Positions 40,636-54,320 are shown, counted from the stretch's first letter. The stretch is 64,000 nt of DNA from Cetorhinus maximus (GCF_964194155.1 NC_135891.1:24676001-24740000), one strand, 5' to 3'. Numbers and translations: made by a program. Notes: generated by a model not told the origin, from the letters alone.

Positions 40636-42204
40636 ATAGCTTTGCCTTTTACTCTTTTTATTCAGTGTGTGGGACCTTGAACCTGGAAAAACTGGTACCT
40701 CAACCTTGTCTTATGCCTCTGAATCCCTGATAATTTGAATACTTTGCTAACTTATTTTGGCTACATTTCTAGAAAATTAAAAGCAAATAAATGAGGGTGG
40801 AAGTATTTCACCCAATGTGTAAGAAGGTTGCTGATTAAGTTGCCAGGGTAGAACACTGAAGCAGGGAGTGCAAATTCAAACAAGACTGAATTGGATGAGT
40901 TTCTGGAGAAGGGCAATGGTGAGACAAGGGCTGGGCAGAGCTGATCTATGGAATTAAGGAATACGTACTTGCACTCAAAGGCCTTTTCTTATTCTTAAGG
41001 ATTTAGTATAGGCATTTTGTGCAGGTAATGCAGAAGGACACCTTCATAAAACCTTCATGCCTTATGTTAATTTTTTCCAGCAAAGGTTTCAACCATTTTT
41101 GCGTTTCTAGTTTCCCCTTGAATTTCAGCATGTATGTCGTTCAGAGGATTTTTACCGGTAGGAACTAAACCAAACTCTTTAGTAGAGAGATCAGGCAGTT
41201 CATTTCCAATTGTTAAGGTGGTATATTACCATAATTCATTTAAATTGACAATGCTAGCTTAACCTACTACTGGCAGTTAATTGCGATATGAGAATTCCCC
41301 CCATGGAATTGGAAACAATTATGTCTAAAGAAAACATAAAAGCGCCTTGCTCAATATTGTACTCTCAGCAAAATCTGGCTCAGCCTTTTCAATACAGCTG
41401 CGCAAACAGAATCATCAGGGTGGTTATTGCTTCTCTAAAACTAAATGGTATGAATGAAAAGTGATTAGGTTATTTCAGTTTTACAAACTGTAAGTTAATT
41501 TATACAGAATTAGCTTTTGCAGATGGAGTGAAAATGAGAAGAAATGTTTTCACACAAAACAATAGTAAAATATGGATTGCTTTACCATAAGTGGCTACTG
41601 AGACAGAGGAATTAAATAAATATTCGCATAAAAAGAAATAGGAAAATGGGATTAACATAAATAGTTCCAGTTGAAGACCTAGGATCAGCACAGGCATGAT
41701 TTTATAATTAATTGTTTACTTGGAATAGAGCTCTGTTTAGTTATTTTTGAATATTTCCATCATAAAATCAAGTGGAATCTTGTGTTTTTCTTAATCCTTT
41801 TAGCGTTTGAATTTTTTAGAATTGTGTAACAATACCTCAGTGTGACACACCATTTTTATTTATCTCCAGTTTATTATATTTGTGTCCCAGAGATTTTTTT
41901 ACACTGTGCAGTAAAACAACAAACTTCAAGGTATATAATTGAAATGCTGTTGGTACTGTTAGATATTTGACATCTTACAGGTTTCATCTAAAGCTCACTT
42001 TAAATACAGTGATATCACAGGACAAAATTGTTTGTTATAGTAGCATGGTTCTTTGAGTCACAGAGAGTTGATCATAAATGATCAACTTTTATCATCATAG
42101 ATGATCAGCTTTTGTCCTTGCTTTTGAACTGTTAAATTATTTCATTGATAATGAATTACCTCAGGACTTCGATATTATTTTAGACCTGTAACTGTGTCGA
42201 CATA

Positions 42205-42480
42205 TGGATTAAATCTTGCTGGAGCATGGAATCTCACAGTATGTGCCATTAGTTAGACTTTCTCCTGTACCCTTCATCTCAAATATAATCGGTGTCATAA
42301 TGGTGGAAGTATGAAGGCAGTTGGGCACCTGGGACCTTAGTGAGTGACAGAACCAACAACCTATCTCTTTAACCAATGAGATTTAAAGATTTAGAAAGAA
42401 ACAGAGTGAACGACAGTGAAGGAAATTAGATGAATTAGAGTCAAATCAGGTACAGAGAAAGAAATGAAGAGGGGAAACTA
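42205..42480. mobile_element. Fragment of an interspersed repeat (MITE-like), related to 57250-57467 and 58283-58440
   Basis: tcaaatcaggtacagagaaagaaa is the reverse complement of the host sequence around the 57468-58282 insertion. Confidence 0.45.
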
Positions 42481-43439
42481 TTTTTAGTGCCCAGACACCT
42501 TAATCCCTGTCTTGGCAGAGCCTAAACATGAAGCCTGTTAGCACTGTTTTCTCTCTCTATAGGTTCTGCCAGTCCTGCTGAGTATTTTCTGCATTATTTT
42601 GTTCTTACAACACAAGTTGTAGAGTGGTTTGCAGTCCATAAAATATTTCTATTTCCCTGCTTCTTGTTATCTTTTTTGTGAAAAGAGGGTGCTGGGGAGG
42701 ATATAGATGATGAAGATTAGTGGCTGCATTACATTACAGATATTGCACACGCAGTTATCAGAAGCAATATAAATTGGTTGGCGTAAGAGAGAAAAATCCT
42801 CTTTGCCCTAGCAATGTTATTTTTTGATTGTCCTATTGATACGGCTCCAATAGTCATTCTGCGATTCTATGGACAGGAGACCATAAATCTCTTCAAACCC
42901 TACCGGGAGCCTCCATTAGTTGGAAAAACACACTGCACTACTTGCTTCATTGCATCTGATGCCCTTGATAATAACCAGCTCACATCACTGGGAAAGATTT
43001 GCCCTGTTCTCAATGAGCAAGATTGTAACCGACTCTTTACAATTGTATTCAAGATTTTGAATGGATTTGAATGAAGCATGCTGTGTGAGCTATTTGAACA
43101 AAGTTAAAAATAATGAACAAAAGAATTACGTTACTAATGTTGCCCAGTGTTTTTTCAAGCCCAAGTTTGGTAATCTCATCTAGATGCCAGAATAATGATT
43201 GGTCTGGGTGGTGAAAGAATTTATTCTGATGTAGAGATTGGAGTCTGGGCAAAGGAAACTTTGCTCTACAGCTGGGTATGTGATAGATGACCAGGAATGA
43301 TTAAAATGGAAATAGTATTCAACTCTTCAATACAGGCATTTTTCATAAATTCAACCTCAACCCCCTTGTTAAACAAAGAGGGGGATAAAACATAACAATT
43401 GTGGCTGTTCTTTTTAATTCCAAACAGATTGGTCTACAA

Positions 43440-43815
43440 CGCTGTGGGTTCAGGTTCCACTTCAAGGGCTTCAGCACATAAATCTACGCTAATCCTCAGT
43501 GCTGTACAGTCAGATGAGATGTTAAACCAAAATCCCATCTGCTCTCTTAGGGGACAGAAATGATCCCATGCCACTAATTTGAAGAGCAGGAGAGTTATCT
43601 CTGGTGTCCTAGCCAATATTTAATCCCTCAATGAACATCACTAAAGAAAAAAAAACGTTCAGCTGGTCATTATCACATTGCTCTTTGTGGAGTTTGCTGT
43701 ACTTAAATTGGCTGCTACTTTTCCTACATCACAACAGTGACTACACTTGATTAGCTGCAAAGCACTTTGGAACATCCTTGGGCTATATGAGACGCTATAA
43801 AAATGCAAGTCTTTT
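43440..43815 (+). mobile_element. DeuSINE (SacSINE1-like)
   Basis: cagatgagatgttaaacc...gatcccatgccactaatttgaagagcaggagagttatctctggtgtcctagccaatattt core; tail aaagcactttggaacatcc...gctataaaaatgcaagt. Confidence 0.75.
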
Positions 43816-44548
43816 TCAGTGGTAAATTACAACAAGGCTCATTTGACTATTTAACTGATCATGTTGTATTGTCTTGCTTCTTGTTAGTTTGATGATATTG
43901 TTGGTGATTCTTTGCGCTAAGCTGAAAACACCTTTGAAGCTTGCTTATTTGACTGAGTTATTTAAAATGACAAGTGTATGATAAACATGCACTGCTGTAA
44001 ATTACATTCTGATTATGAAAAAAAATCACTGGTTTTAAAAAAACAAAGCTGTGCATGGAGTTGATAGTGAACTTTTCATGTAAGATTGATTCTGCACAGT
44101 GCTACCTGTATCGATTGAACAATCTGTTTTATGGTGATGAGGCTCCATATAACCATTGTATCGGACTGTGCCAAAGCATCATATTAATTCCACTTATAAG
44201 TTACAGAATCCAAGAATATTTTGAACACAGGAAGTGAGCAAAAATATCCTTCCATAACCCGATGGGAGATGGGCAGTTAACACAGCAGTAGTCCATTTTC
44301 CCATAACCTTTTCGCTTTTGTTGTCAAAAATTTGAAGGATTCAGCAATAAACTGTTTGGATTGCCGGTCAACTTTAATTAGTATTACTGTCGGGAAAACT
44401 GAAAGGATTTGCAATGAACACAGCATTACTCAAGTCAGAAAGCATCAAGCAACCCTAAGGAGTGTAACAGCAACTGCTTGCATTTATATAGCACCCTTAA
44501 CATACAGTCACACATCTCAAGGCACTTCACATGAGCATAATCAGACAA

Positions 44549-44930
44549 TCTTTCTTGTTCATTCTTCGAGGTGACGATGGCCATATTCATCATCTGGGGG
44601 TGTTTGACAGTGTTTTGGTGGATGCGTAGGTGACTGCAAAGTCCGATCTTGCATCCAAAGGTTCTGTTGCAAATAGGACAGGATAGTGCAGATGACTGGG
44701 TTTTGGATGGGATTTCCTTATGTTTTCTCTTTGCCTTTGAGGTTTGCTTGCTTCTGAAGGAGGCCACATTGTTTTTACTTGGTTGTGCTAGGTGCGGCGT
44801 TACTGGGCGAGCTTCTCCCAGGACTCGAAGCCAATATCAAAACTCCGAAGTGAAGCCTTCACAGAGTATCCTTGCAGCGCTTCTTTTCACCACCATGAGG
44901 GTGCACCCTAATCTCAAGCTCTCATTCGGA
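44549..44930 (-). mobile_element. RTE-clade LINE 3' fragment
   Basis: GGEKKRCKDTL and C-terminal C2H2 finger CPICNRTFGCKIGLCSHLRIH typical of RTE ORFs. Confidence 0.8.
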
Positions 44931-45574
44931 GAATAAAATTGATACCAAGCCAAAGATGGAGAAGTTAGGACAGGTAACCAAAAATTTGGTCAAAGAAGTA
45001 GATTTTAAAGACTGACTTATGGAGCTGGAGAGGCAGAAAGGTTTAGGGAGGTAATTCCAGAGCCCGGAGCCTACAGCTGAAGGCACACCAAAAGTGGAGC
45101 AAAGGAAGTCGGGCCAGAATTGGAGAAATGCAGAGTTCTCAGATGGGCGTAGGGCTGAAGGAGATTGCAGAGATAGGGAGGAGTGAGGCCATTGGAGGGA
45201 GTTGAACAAAGGGATTAGATTTTTAAATTAGTGACCAGGAGGCAACGTATATTATTGAGCTCAGAAGGTGATGGGTGAACAGAATGTGGTCCAAATAAGG
45301 ATACGGGCAGCAGAGTTTTGGATCATCTCAAGTTTATGGAGGATGGCAGATAGGAATCATTCAAGAGACCTTTTGAATAGCTGGGCAGGAGTCAGGCAAT
45401 ATTACAGAGGTATGATGGAGAGCATACAGAAGCTCTGTTCAGGGTCAGAGAGGGCACCAAGGTTGCAAATCTAGTTCTCCCTCAGTCAGTGGTCCCTGGA
45501 GGGAGACGATATTAGTAGCTGGGGAATGGAGTTTGTAGCTGTGATCCAAGTCAATGGCATTGATATTGACCACC

Positions 45575-46020
45575 CCCAATGATGGATCTTGGGGAGGGAA
45601 TTAAAAATTATAAAATGAAGAACACTTCCCCAACCCTTCACATACAGACATGTTCGCATTTTTCAGTGTCCATTTCCTCTCCACCCAAGTTTCGATCTGT
45701 GGTTTGATCTAAATTTAACTGCTGCCAGTCAAGTTTACCAGGGTCCAGGAACCCCAGAAATGATATGGCAGTGGGAGCTGCTGCCTCCAGAAAGTACATG
45801 CTTTTTATAGCACTCCTTACGGTCCAGGAGGAGTAAGAGTGCTCCCCTCAGCTCTCAAGGAAACCCTCAGCCTCCCGATAGTGACCACTCCCTCCGGAAT
45901 GCCTCTCTTTTCCTCCATCCCCCACTAAGTCTCAATCTTAGCTTCCTCCCTCTCAATTGCTGGGAACTGCTCTCAGGGGTCTCTAACTCTCCTGCACCCT
46001 CTTTGCCTCACCATAAATAC
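45575..46020. mobile_element. Unclassified MITE-like insertion in L2
   Basis: Interrupts L2 homology; C-rich stretch; termini not resolved. Confidence 0.35.
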
Positions 46021-46134
46021 TGGGCCCAGTGGCTTCAGTCTTCCCAAAGTTCAATTGGAAGAAATTGTTGCTTCTCCAATACTGGATGTCAGACCAGCAG
46101 CATGACAAACCAAAGACAGTGGTTGAGAGACATT

Positions 46135-46876
46135 GGACGGAATTCTCCCATCCGGGACTAAGTCCCGTGACAGGGACAGGGACAGGGAATGTTTCCCACC
46201 ACAGAGGCTGCCGGGAATTCACACCATATCATGCGACCCCTGCCTAATTAATGATGCAGTCAGGGGTTTCCCAACGTTTCGCGCAGTGGATCGAGCTGGA
46301 TGGCTCATGCCCTGCCATCATATCTGGGCACCATTTTTAAAAGGTATCCGGACATTAATGACCCATCGTTTAAAAAAAAAATGGACCTCCTGAAGAAAGA
46401 AGGTGGGCCTCTTGAAGACACTGAAGCTGGAAGGTCACAATGATAGATGCTCCCCCCACCCACTGCTGCACTATCCAGGGTCCATGGTCACTGGAAGCCT
46501 TCACCCCAAACTCCAGAGGCAGCCCCAGTCCTCCTTCAGGTATGTCCTGGTATGTTCCTGCCACATTGGTTCAGACGTGTTCTGGACCGGTGTGATTTCC
46601 TGCTGGTAGCGCTGACGATCGGGCGTGGGAGATAGCAATTCCGGTTGGGCCTTCATCTGCAGTGGGATGCAAATTGATTTTATGCTGGTCTCTGGCGGGA
46701 ATTGTGACCCGTCATGTTGGCCGGGAGTGGAAGATCCCGCCATCATTTTACGTCGGCATGAAACTGATTTTTGGACCTCCAGCTGCATTCTCCTCCCTCT
46801 CCCCCCCCACCCCCTCTTCTCCCCATTGCAATGGCATTAAACCTGCCACGGGGGGTGGCATGGGAGAATTCTGCCC
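46135..46876. mobile_element. Harbinger-type MITE
   Basis: TIRs ggacggaattctcccat / atgggagaattctgccc; TSD ATT/ATA; L2 resumes on both sides. Confidence 0.85.
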
Positions 46877-48304
46877 ATAGTGGTGAGTTGGAGCTGGGTG
46901 TCATTAGCTTACAAGTGGAACTATATATTGTACTGTAATTCATGATAGGTTAAACTACATATTACTTTGACTGCAAAGTCAGGTTCCCCAGTTAGCTGTA
47001 CATAGCATATTCCTGGCTGTTCTCGGGCGATAATATTAAGTTAAGATATTCTTATGTTTTAAATGCAAAATAATATGCTAAAATTAGAGCAAACCTTTTT
47101 AATGATCTAAAGCATACCTGCAAAACGTCTTCTGAGAACTTGTTAATCTGAGCAGTGCCATCTTCAATCAAATCATCCTGTGTTGATATAGAAGAAATAA
47201 AGATGAAGATGAAACATTTAAGATCTTATATATACATCAACAATTATTGTAAAATTGGATGCCTTTTGGAATAACTGATTTTGTTTTCCTGATGATTTTG
47301 TTTCACTGCCTCAAAAATGTCACATGCAGTTGGTACTTTTATTGTTTACTACTCTCTTGTTACCTATGACAACAATTTGATAAATGGAGCTGTGCTGTAA
47401 AGAACCACCACTGAAGTCAGCTGAGAGAGAAACTTGAGCCAAGATTGATTTCTTCCTTTTTTTCCCTCCCCCTGCTTCTATGCTTTGTCTCAGAAACCTT
47501 GAATTAATGAATGTGCCCCAGTGTCATCGATCAGCTATGCTAGCATGTGCCCTGGTTTAAATGCTTGGATCGGAGGGGCTGCTTGACTGAAGCTGTATCT
47601 AATGGCCTTGACTGTCCCTGCAGAGCTGAGAATAGTATTTCAACTCTTTTTCGAAGAATGTAGAAAATAACTAGTCACCGGAGACTTCCAGATTTCCAGT
47701 ATTAAGCTTGACAGTTCCTTAAGTGATTTTGGGAGTATATTCTGAAGTATCTGATTGGCCATGGGAATAGTTGGTGTTATTACTGTACATAGCCTATATG
47801 ATTTAGATATTAGGTAAATTCAAAAGGTATTTTGGAACATTATTCAAATATTAATTAGTTGCAGTTTTATACTTTGAGTTAAAAGTTAGTGGGCTGAATT
47901 CATTAGTTGAATGCAAATAGCTGTAAAGTGATCATAGAAATTTAGATCATTCAATATAAAGGTAGGTGCTATGTGCACAATGTCCCAATTAAAAAGCCAA
48001 CACAAATTCCTATTAAACTATAAATCCAAGCAACCCTAGACTATAAAACAATACATAAAGCCACATATATTTGGTATTATACAAGTAATCAGCATATCCA
48101 ATATAAAGTATCAGTTCACAAAATTGCCTGATATGAATGAATTTCATCGTACAAACTTAGATATAATAACAGATATAGAACTTGGGTAAGATTGTTCTTT
48201 GTAATACATGCATTCCAGGCTCACAGTTGTATAGCCTTTGAACAAGTTATAACATACCAATTGTTATTTGAAAATAATGCTTAAAAAGATAGCGGCAACT
48301 CTGA

Positions 48305-48470
48305 CAGATTACCATTTATCCCATTGCTGCTTGTGGGACTTGCTGTGTGAAAATTGGATGCACCCTTTCCTACAACAGTGACAACAATTACAAAAATTAA
48401 GGCATTGGCTGTAAAGGGCTTTGGGAGGTTCTGAGGTCACAGAAGGTGTTACATAAATGTAAGTTTTTTC
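48305..48470 (+). mobile_element. DeuSINE/L2-tail fragment
   Basis: ttgtgggacttgctgtgtgaaaattgg...ggctgtaaagggctttggg; a second decayed tail in opposite orientation follows at about 48520-48650. Confidence 0.6.
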
Positions 48471-49117
48471 TTTAATAGATATGTGGCAAGAGTTTTGCAG
48501 TGAAATCATGTGTTAAGAGCTGCCATTTATATATAGCATCCTGTCATTGTCAGGATGTGCCAAAGTGCTTCACAGCCAATGGATAAATCTGAAGTGCCAC
48601 CAGTATTGTTGTATCAGGAAACATGGCAGTTAAATTGTACACAGTGAAATAAATGAATCAGCAGTAAGTCTATTTTTCAAAGTTGGTTCTTTGAACAGTG
48701 ACATGGAATGAGGAACTAAAATTCCAAGATATTTGTGGTGCAAAAAGGGCGTAGTTCAGACCAGAATTTGGGGTCTAGGTCAGATACACCAGAGGTATAG
48801 CAGTCTAAAATTCAAGCTAACTTCCAATAGGATTGACTGGTGACAGCAGTATATGCTTTCAAAGTGAAGCGTGTATGTAAATGACAGGGCAAGGAGGACA
48901 ACAAAAACTGTCACCCTAACAATTCTGACTCATAGATGTGATTATGTGAATTGAACCTGACTTATGCTAAACCTGTAGAAAAGAGGGGTAGGATACCAGT
49001 ATAATTTCTCAAAACAGATTGTGGCTGAGTCCTAGGCTTTGAATGGCCATGAGTTTTGTTGAAAACATCAGCTTCGATTGAAGTGGTTAGAAAATTCTGG
49101 TCTCATTTGGTTCACTA

Positions 49118-49205
49118 CCACCTTCTCAAGGACAATTAAGGATGGGTAATAAATGCTGGCCTAGCCAGCGACACTCACACCCTGTGGACAAATAAATAAA
49201 AATAA
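49118..49205 (+). mobile_element. Isolated 3' tail of the CR1-clade LINE/SINE pair
   Basis: ccaccttctcaaggacaattaaggatgggtaataaatgctggcctagccagcg matches 34332-34390. Confidence 0.75.
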
Positions 49206-51327
49206 AGCTAAAAAAGGAGTCTGCAAACTGCTTTTCACCAGCTTCAGGCAGGGAATTAGTTTCTTTACCGCCTTTTATCATGGAGGCCTTAGCATTTAGT
49301 TCAGTATGGGGATCACCATATATGTCCAAATGATAGAAGCAAAGCAGAAGGAAGAATACATGACAAAGGCACTTAATGCCAAGGAAGAGAATGGAACACC
49401 TTTGGTGTTAGCTGTGGTACTATAAGTCACTCACATTTGAGGTTGCCCTCATTTTAGGATGTTTGAGCCCCAGGAAGACTGTTCAGCAAGCTTTGTCAAC
49501 TGTGCATGTAATCAGGCAGACCAATCCTCTATCCTAACACAGGCATGAGCAGGCATTTGACAGAGCTTGCTGGGAAGGCTCCATGAATTGTCAGCAGGAG
49601 AAATGATGTTATTATGAGGTGGACTTTAGTCATATCATGTGCTGGGACTTGGACCTGAGCTCACTGATCAGCGAGAGAGCAGACATTGTTTAGATCCCTT
49701 TGAAAGATAGCACCCTGAGGCATTCAGAAATGACTTTCAATTGTTCTTTTCAAACACTCCCCCCAAGGTCTGGAGGCCAATTTTTCAAAAATTCACTTTG
49801 GATTCATTGACTGACCTGAAGGTCTCTCCATTGGGTGACAGATGCAAAGGTTCTTGATGTCATGTTGTCTTTCCATACTCATACCCTCTTATTCTTTATC
49901 TACTCCCTTGTTATTTTCTGTGCTATTTTTCACTCTTTATTGTTTTTTAATCTTTATTTCTATTTTTTTCCTTTTATGTATTTCTTGCCTTTTTCTGACA
50001 TTCTTTGTCTTTGCCTCTCTCTGTGTCTCTCTTTTTTTCCCTCTCCTATTTGTTTCCCTCTGTCAGGACTTAGGATCATGATGCCAATTTTTTTCACAAA
50101 AAGCCTTGTAATGTAAACAATTTTAATACATGCTTTGAGCAGAGGCTTGACCAAAAGAGAGGCATTTTCCCAAACAGTGCCACATTGAGTTGTTCATCTA
50201 TGGGTAGATAAGAGGTGATTTGAATGCAGGCTGGATGATCGTTTTGCATAGATCCTAAGCAATGGCCAATTCATAAGCAATATCTGGTCGATTTAAGAAA
50301 GCATATAATACAGTGGTGTTGGCAAACTCTTTATGAGCCACTTGAGTCTTTGAAGGAAGGCCTTTACAGAATCAGCATAGATATCAGAGCTGAGTCAGAT
50401 AAAGTGACTAAAAAAGCTGGAGAAAAGATGAAGAAAGGCTACAAACAGATTTAAGGTGATAAAAAGGTGGTAGAGATAAAAATAACCTGCATATGGTTGG
50501 TTGGAGAGATCGCAAAGTGAATTTATCTTTCTGCATTAAATCAGAATTCCCTCCCCCCACCCCCACCCTCCAAGTAGACGAGTGTAACTGTGTTCTTACT
50601 TCTTGTAATGATGCACAAACAGAAGCTCCAATAATACACTAGGTAATTTTCATTATGGCCTGTGTTCTATACGTTTTGTCTACCAGGACATAAAACAGCT
50701 TTCGAATCGAAGCAAATGGCAACTCACCTAGTGTTGACTTGCTCCGTCCTTGGAGTGATTATGTGTTTAAGAGGCAGAGATCGAATTCACATAATGAGGG
50801 AATTTCATCACTACACTCCTGGGTCCTGCCAACATGCACACAGGACAGTGGGATGCAGTCAGACTGTTTAAAGGAGCAATTGACTCCACTGCACCCAAGT
50901 AGATACCTGAGGCAAAGCCATATTTGTAATAGATAGCTCTTTTTTATTTGCTGTGTCTTCACAGCCTAGCTAAGTACAGGCACAGTATACTTTCACTTCT
51001 CTAATTAGAAAGAACATGTTGAATCTGCTCTATAACTAATAGGGAAATTATACTGATGTCATAGATTCTGGGAAAATCCTACCTCAAGAGTATTCTTCTG
51101 TTGTCGCAGATTCTCCAAGAAAGTGAAAGAACATCATAATACTGGGCTTTATCAGCACAATGAGGCCATAGAGTTCCTGATCCTTCTGTGGGAATGCAGA
51201 TCATGATTTCCCTCTTGAGATTTCGATCAAGTGCATGAGAGTTGATCAGCCAGCTGGTGTGCACCAAGTCTGTCACATCAAGAAAGATGTCCTGGTTCTA
51301 AAACAACTTTAGCCCCAGACATTAGCA

Positions 51328-51612
51328 CCATAAGACATAGGAGCAGAAATTAGGCCATTTGGCCCATCGAGTCTGTTCTGCCATTCAATCGTGGCTGATA
51401 AGTTTCTCAACTCCATTCTCCCGCCTTCGCCCCGTAACCTTTGATCCCCTTACCAATCAAGAACCTATCTATTTCGGTCTTAAATACACTCAATGACCTG
51501 GCGTCCACAGCCTTCTGTGGCAATGAATTCCATAGATTCACCACTCTCTGACTAAAGAAGTTTCTCCTCATCTCTGTTCTAAAAGGTCTTCCCTTTACTC
51601 TGAGGCTGTGCC
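51328..51612 (-). mobile_element. CR1 3' fragment, relatively young
   Basis: ccataagacataggagcagaaattaggccatttggcccatcgagtc is the reverse complement of a CR1 tail; CpGs retained. Confidence 0.9.
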
Positions 51613-52699
51613 CACATCTGAGTGCCTGGGAATTATTTTTAACTCCTGGCGATTTTCAGGGGAGAGGGGTGAGACAGGCATAAGATGCAACTGTGGATAT
51701 TAGGCCATGGGTATTTTAACTATCAGGTCTCATCTGCAATCTGCTGGCCAGCTGCCCACTTGAATGAGATGCAAAGCAGCAGTTACCCAGTAAGTGGCAG
51801 CCACCACCTGACATAAAGGAAGGCTCTCTGGAAAGCAGGGAATTCATAGGGAGTTTCCTGAGGGTCCACTGCGGGGGAAGGGAATGTGTCTTGGGCAGCG
51901 AAGCCTGCGACTTTCCTTGGAATGCCTGGAGATGCAGCTCTGTTTCTCCTAGCCCCACAGGGGAAAGATTTTGACTTACATTGAAGGATCTCTTCATCTT
52001 CCCAACAGCTGTAGACCTGCTTTAGCCTGAGAGGAGAGTAACTTCCCTGTTCGGGCCAGAGCCAAAATTCAGAGTCCCATTCCCGGTGAAGTATGACTCT
52101 TGGCTCTGATGTCTTTCCCATTTGTTACTGACCGATATTGAAAACAAATGCTGCCTGCTTTAAGAAGTGAAAAGCCTTACTGAAGTAACCGAAGGGATCT
52201 TCTGGTGGATATATTATTATGCGCACAATTGCATCCCAAGCTGTTATTTCATAGTTAAGGTTTTGGCTTTGTTGTACGCGTAATTAATGTTACCTCATTT
52301 TTCAAGTATTTTTTGATGGAATAATTTGTATAGAAGTTAAACGCACTGTCCTTTGTGCATTGTGTATAATTGCACCCTGTGACAGACAGGCCTGAATTTC
52401 GCGCTCGTCGGGCGTGTGTGATCGACAGACCCGGAAGCACCGCGGTGTCCGCTTCCGCCCGCGAATGTCGGAATGACACGATTTCACATTGGTTGGCCAT
52501 TGGTGCAGCACTGCCGGTGGAGGCGGGAGTGTGGTGGGCACCAGGTCGAATAGTGACCCGGAGAGGGGTATAAAACGAACCCAGGCAGCTCCCCGAAGGC
52601 TGCCAGGAGTTGGGGAGGAGCCTAACGGAGCGGTTGATGAAAGACTAGAAAATTTGGCATAAGTGATGGCCTCAGCACCTGGTGGGCACGGCAGTGGGA

Positions 52700-54320
52700 T
52701 GCCAATGCTGTTGAGCACTCTGCCTCATGATTTTCAGACAACTGCATGAGCGCTCTAGTGGAGACAGAGTGAGTGCCCAGTATGAAATACTCATGCCACG
52801 GGATGACAAGAGGAGCCCATCCTACCACACGAAGAAGGCCTGGTTGGAGGTGACTGCCCAGGTGAGTGGGTATGATGTGGTGCACCACACATGGATCCAG
52901 TGCTGGAAATGGTTCAATGATCTTCCACGCTCCACATGGATGAGTACTTGGCATGGAACTGAGTATAGCTGTCTTGGAGAGTGGACATAAGTCGTGGCAC
53001 TTGGGTGTGAGATGCATGGTGCCAAATGGCACATATCCCTGTGCCTGCCAAGGGTGAAAGGTGTTGCCGCTCACCTTGTGTGTTCAGAAGAGTGAGGAGT
53101 GTCAATCTGATGGCCGCCTCAAGCTGGCTGTCCAGGGGGGTGGGTTGCGAGACTGGAATGGTGTTGCAGGTAGAGGATGGACTAATGAATGCACTCGTTT
53201 ACATTCGGGAGAAGAAAAGTCATAATGCGTGGAAGCGGACATAAGCGGGTGGTGGGGTGCTCAACATCCTGATCCTGTCCAGGTTTAAGATGGACGCCCT
53301 AAACGCCATCTCCAATGAGAAATTCAAGTCCAGAGTACCCATCGCTTGGCCACTCACAGTGCCTCAGTGAGGCATGTGTCCATTTTGGAAAGCAACCGTT
53401 GTGCTTGCACAGGCACTTATGTTGATGTACTGAACTGATGAAACCTGGTTCATCCTCAGGAGCACCATGCTCACGATGCAGGCTGACTCTGAATACCCCC
53501 CACCTTAACACCCGAGGAGGAGCTGCCAAGCAATGCACCCGTGCCACATCCACTCCCTGCGCCAAGCACTAGTGCAGATACAGGCAGGTCAGTAGGCTAT
53601 AGCGTGTCGGCTCTGTTTGGAGTGTACTGTTGTGAGGGCACACCACACTTGCATGAGGAGCTGGCAGAGGCAGAGAGTGCCCAGGGTGACGGCAGTTGGA
53701 GGACCGCTGGTGACCAGGACCATGCTGAGTCTGAGGCAGATGACTAGCCTCTGGAGTCGTCCATCAGGTGGCAGATGCTGCTTGTCCAGCGAGATGTGCA
53801 AGAAGATCTGGCAGGGGCCCCTGAGGATCTGCATGCCATGGTATCTGTCATGGAGGAGTCCAAGCAGAGCTTGGGCACTGCGTTGACCCTGAGTACCGAG
53901 CACATAGTCTCTTCCATTAAGAGAGTGGCAACTCTCATGGAGAGGCAGTTTCAGGAACAGAATCAGGGGTTCCTGGAGTCGGGCTCAGGCCTGCACCCTC
54001 ACACTGGCTGTCACCTCAGGTATCCTCAGATGAGGCACCTAGTCTCTCTTCTGGGTGCCTTTCCACCAGTGATGAGCAGAGAGGTCCAGGCGTGCCTCAC
54101 ACTAGCAGACGAGCTGCCTGTTGTTTCTGTGGGCTCCTCTCATGGCGCTCCAGACAAGGGCGGCAGCTCCTCCGCCTCTCTGCCAGTGACTGTGGCATCT
54201 TCTGAGGCCCCATTGACTGAGGAGTGCCCAGCCATGTCGCTGGTCGCACCCTCCCAGGCAGAGCCTGCTTGGGCCCTGCCAGCCAGAGGACATCCACCAA
54301 GGTCATCAGGGTCAACATGA
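52700..54320 (+). pseudogene. Harbinger Myb/SANT-like DNA-binding protein gene, decayed, multi-exon
   Basis: YEILMPRD...TKKAWLEVTAQVSG...HTWIQCWKWFNDL matches the Harbinger Myb/SANT (trihelix-like) pattern; downstream low-complexity/coiled ORFs 53541-53747 and 53775-54320 probably the last exon. Confidence 0.75.

Larger units (their letters stand above)
44470..46945 (-). mobile_element. L2 LINE 3' region carrying three nested insertions
   Basis: L2 segments 44470-44548, about 44935-45570, 46020-46134 and 46877-46945; minus frame WSDIQYWRSNNFFQLNFGKTE. Confidence 0.75.

Noticed and set aside
44435-44767. C2H2 zinc-finger host gene
   Set aside because: Single finger preceded by RTE ORF motifs and nested in an L2; it is the RTE C-terminus
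47450-47640. Plus-strand coding exon after a strong polypyrimidine tract and CAG
   Set aside because: Stops in all three frames within about 70 nt and no clear donor
49835-50154. Hydrophobic multi-pass membrane-like ORFs
   Set aside because: Translation of a T/C-rich low-complexity tract
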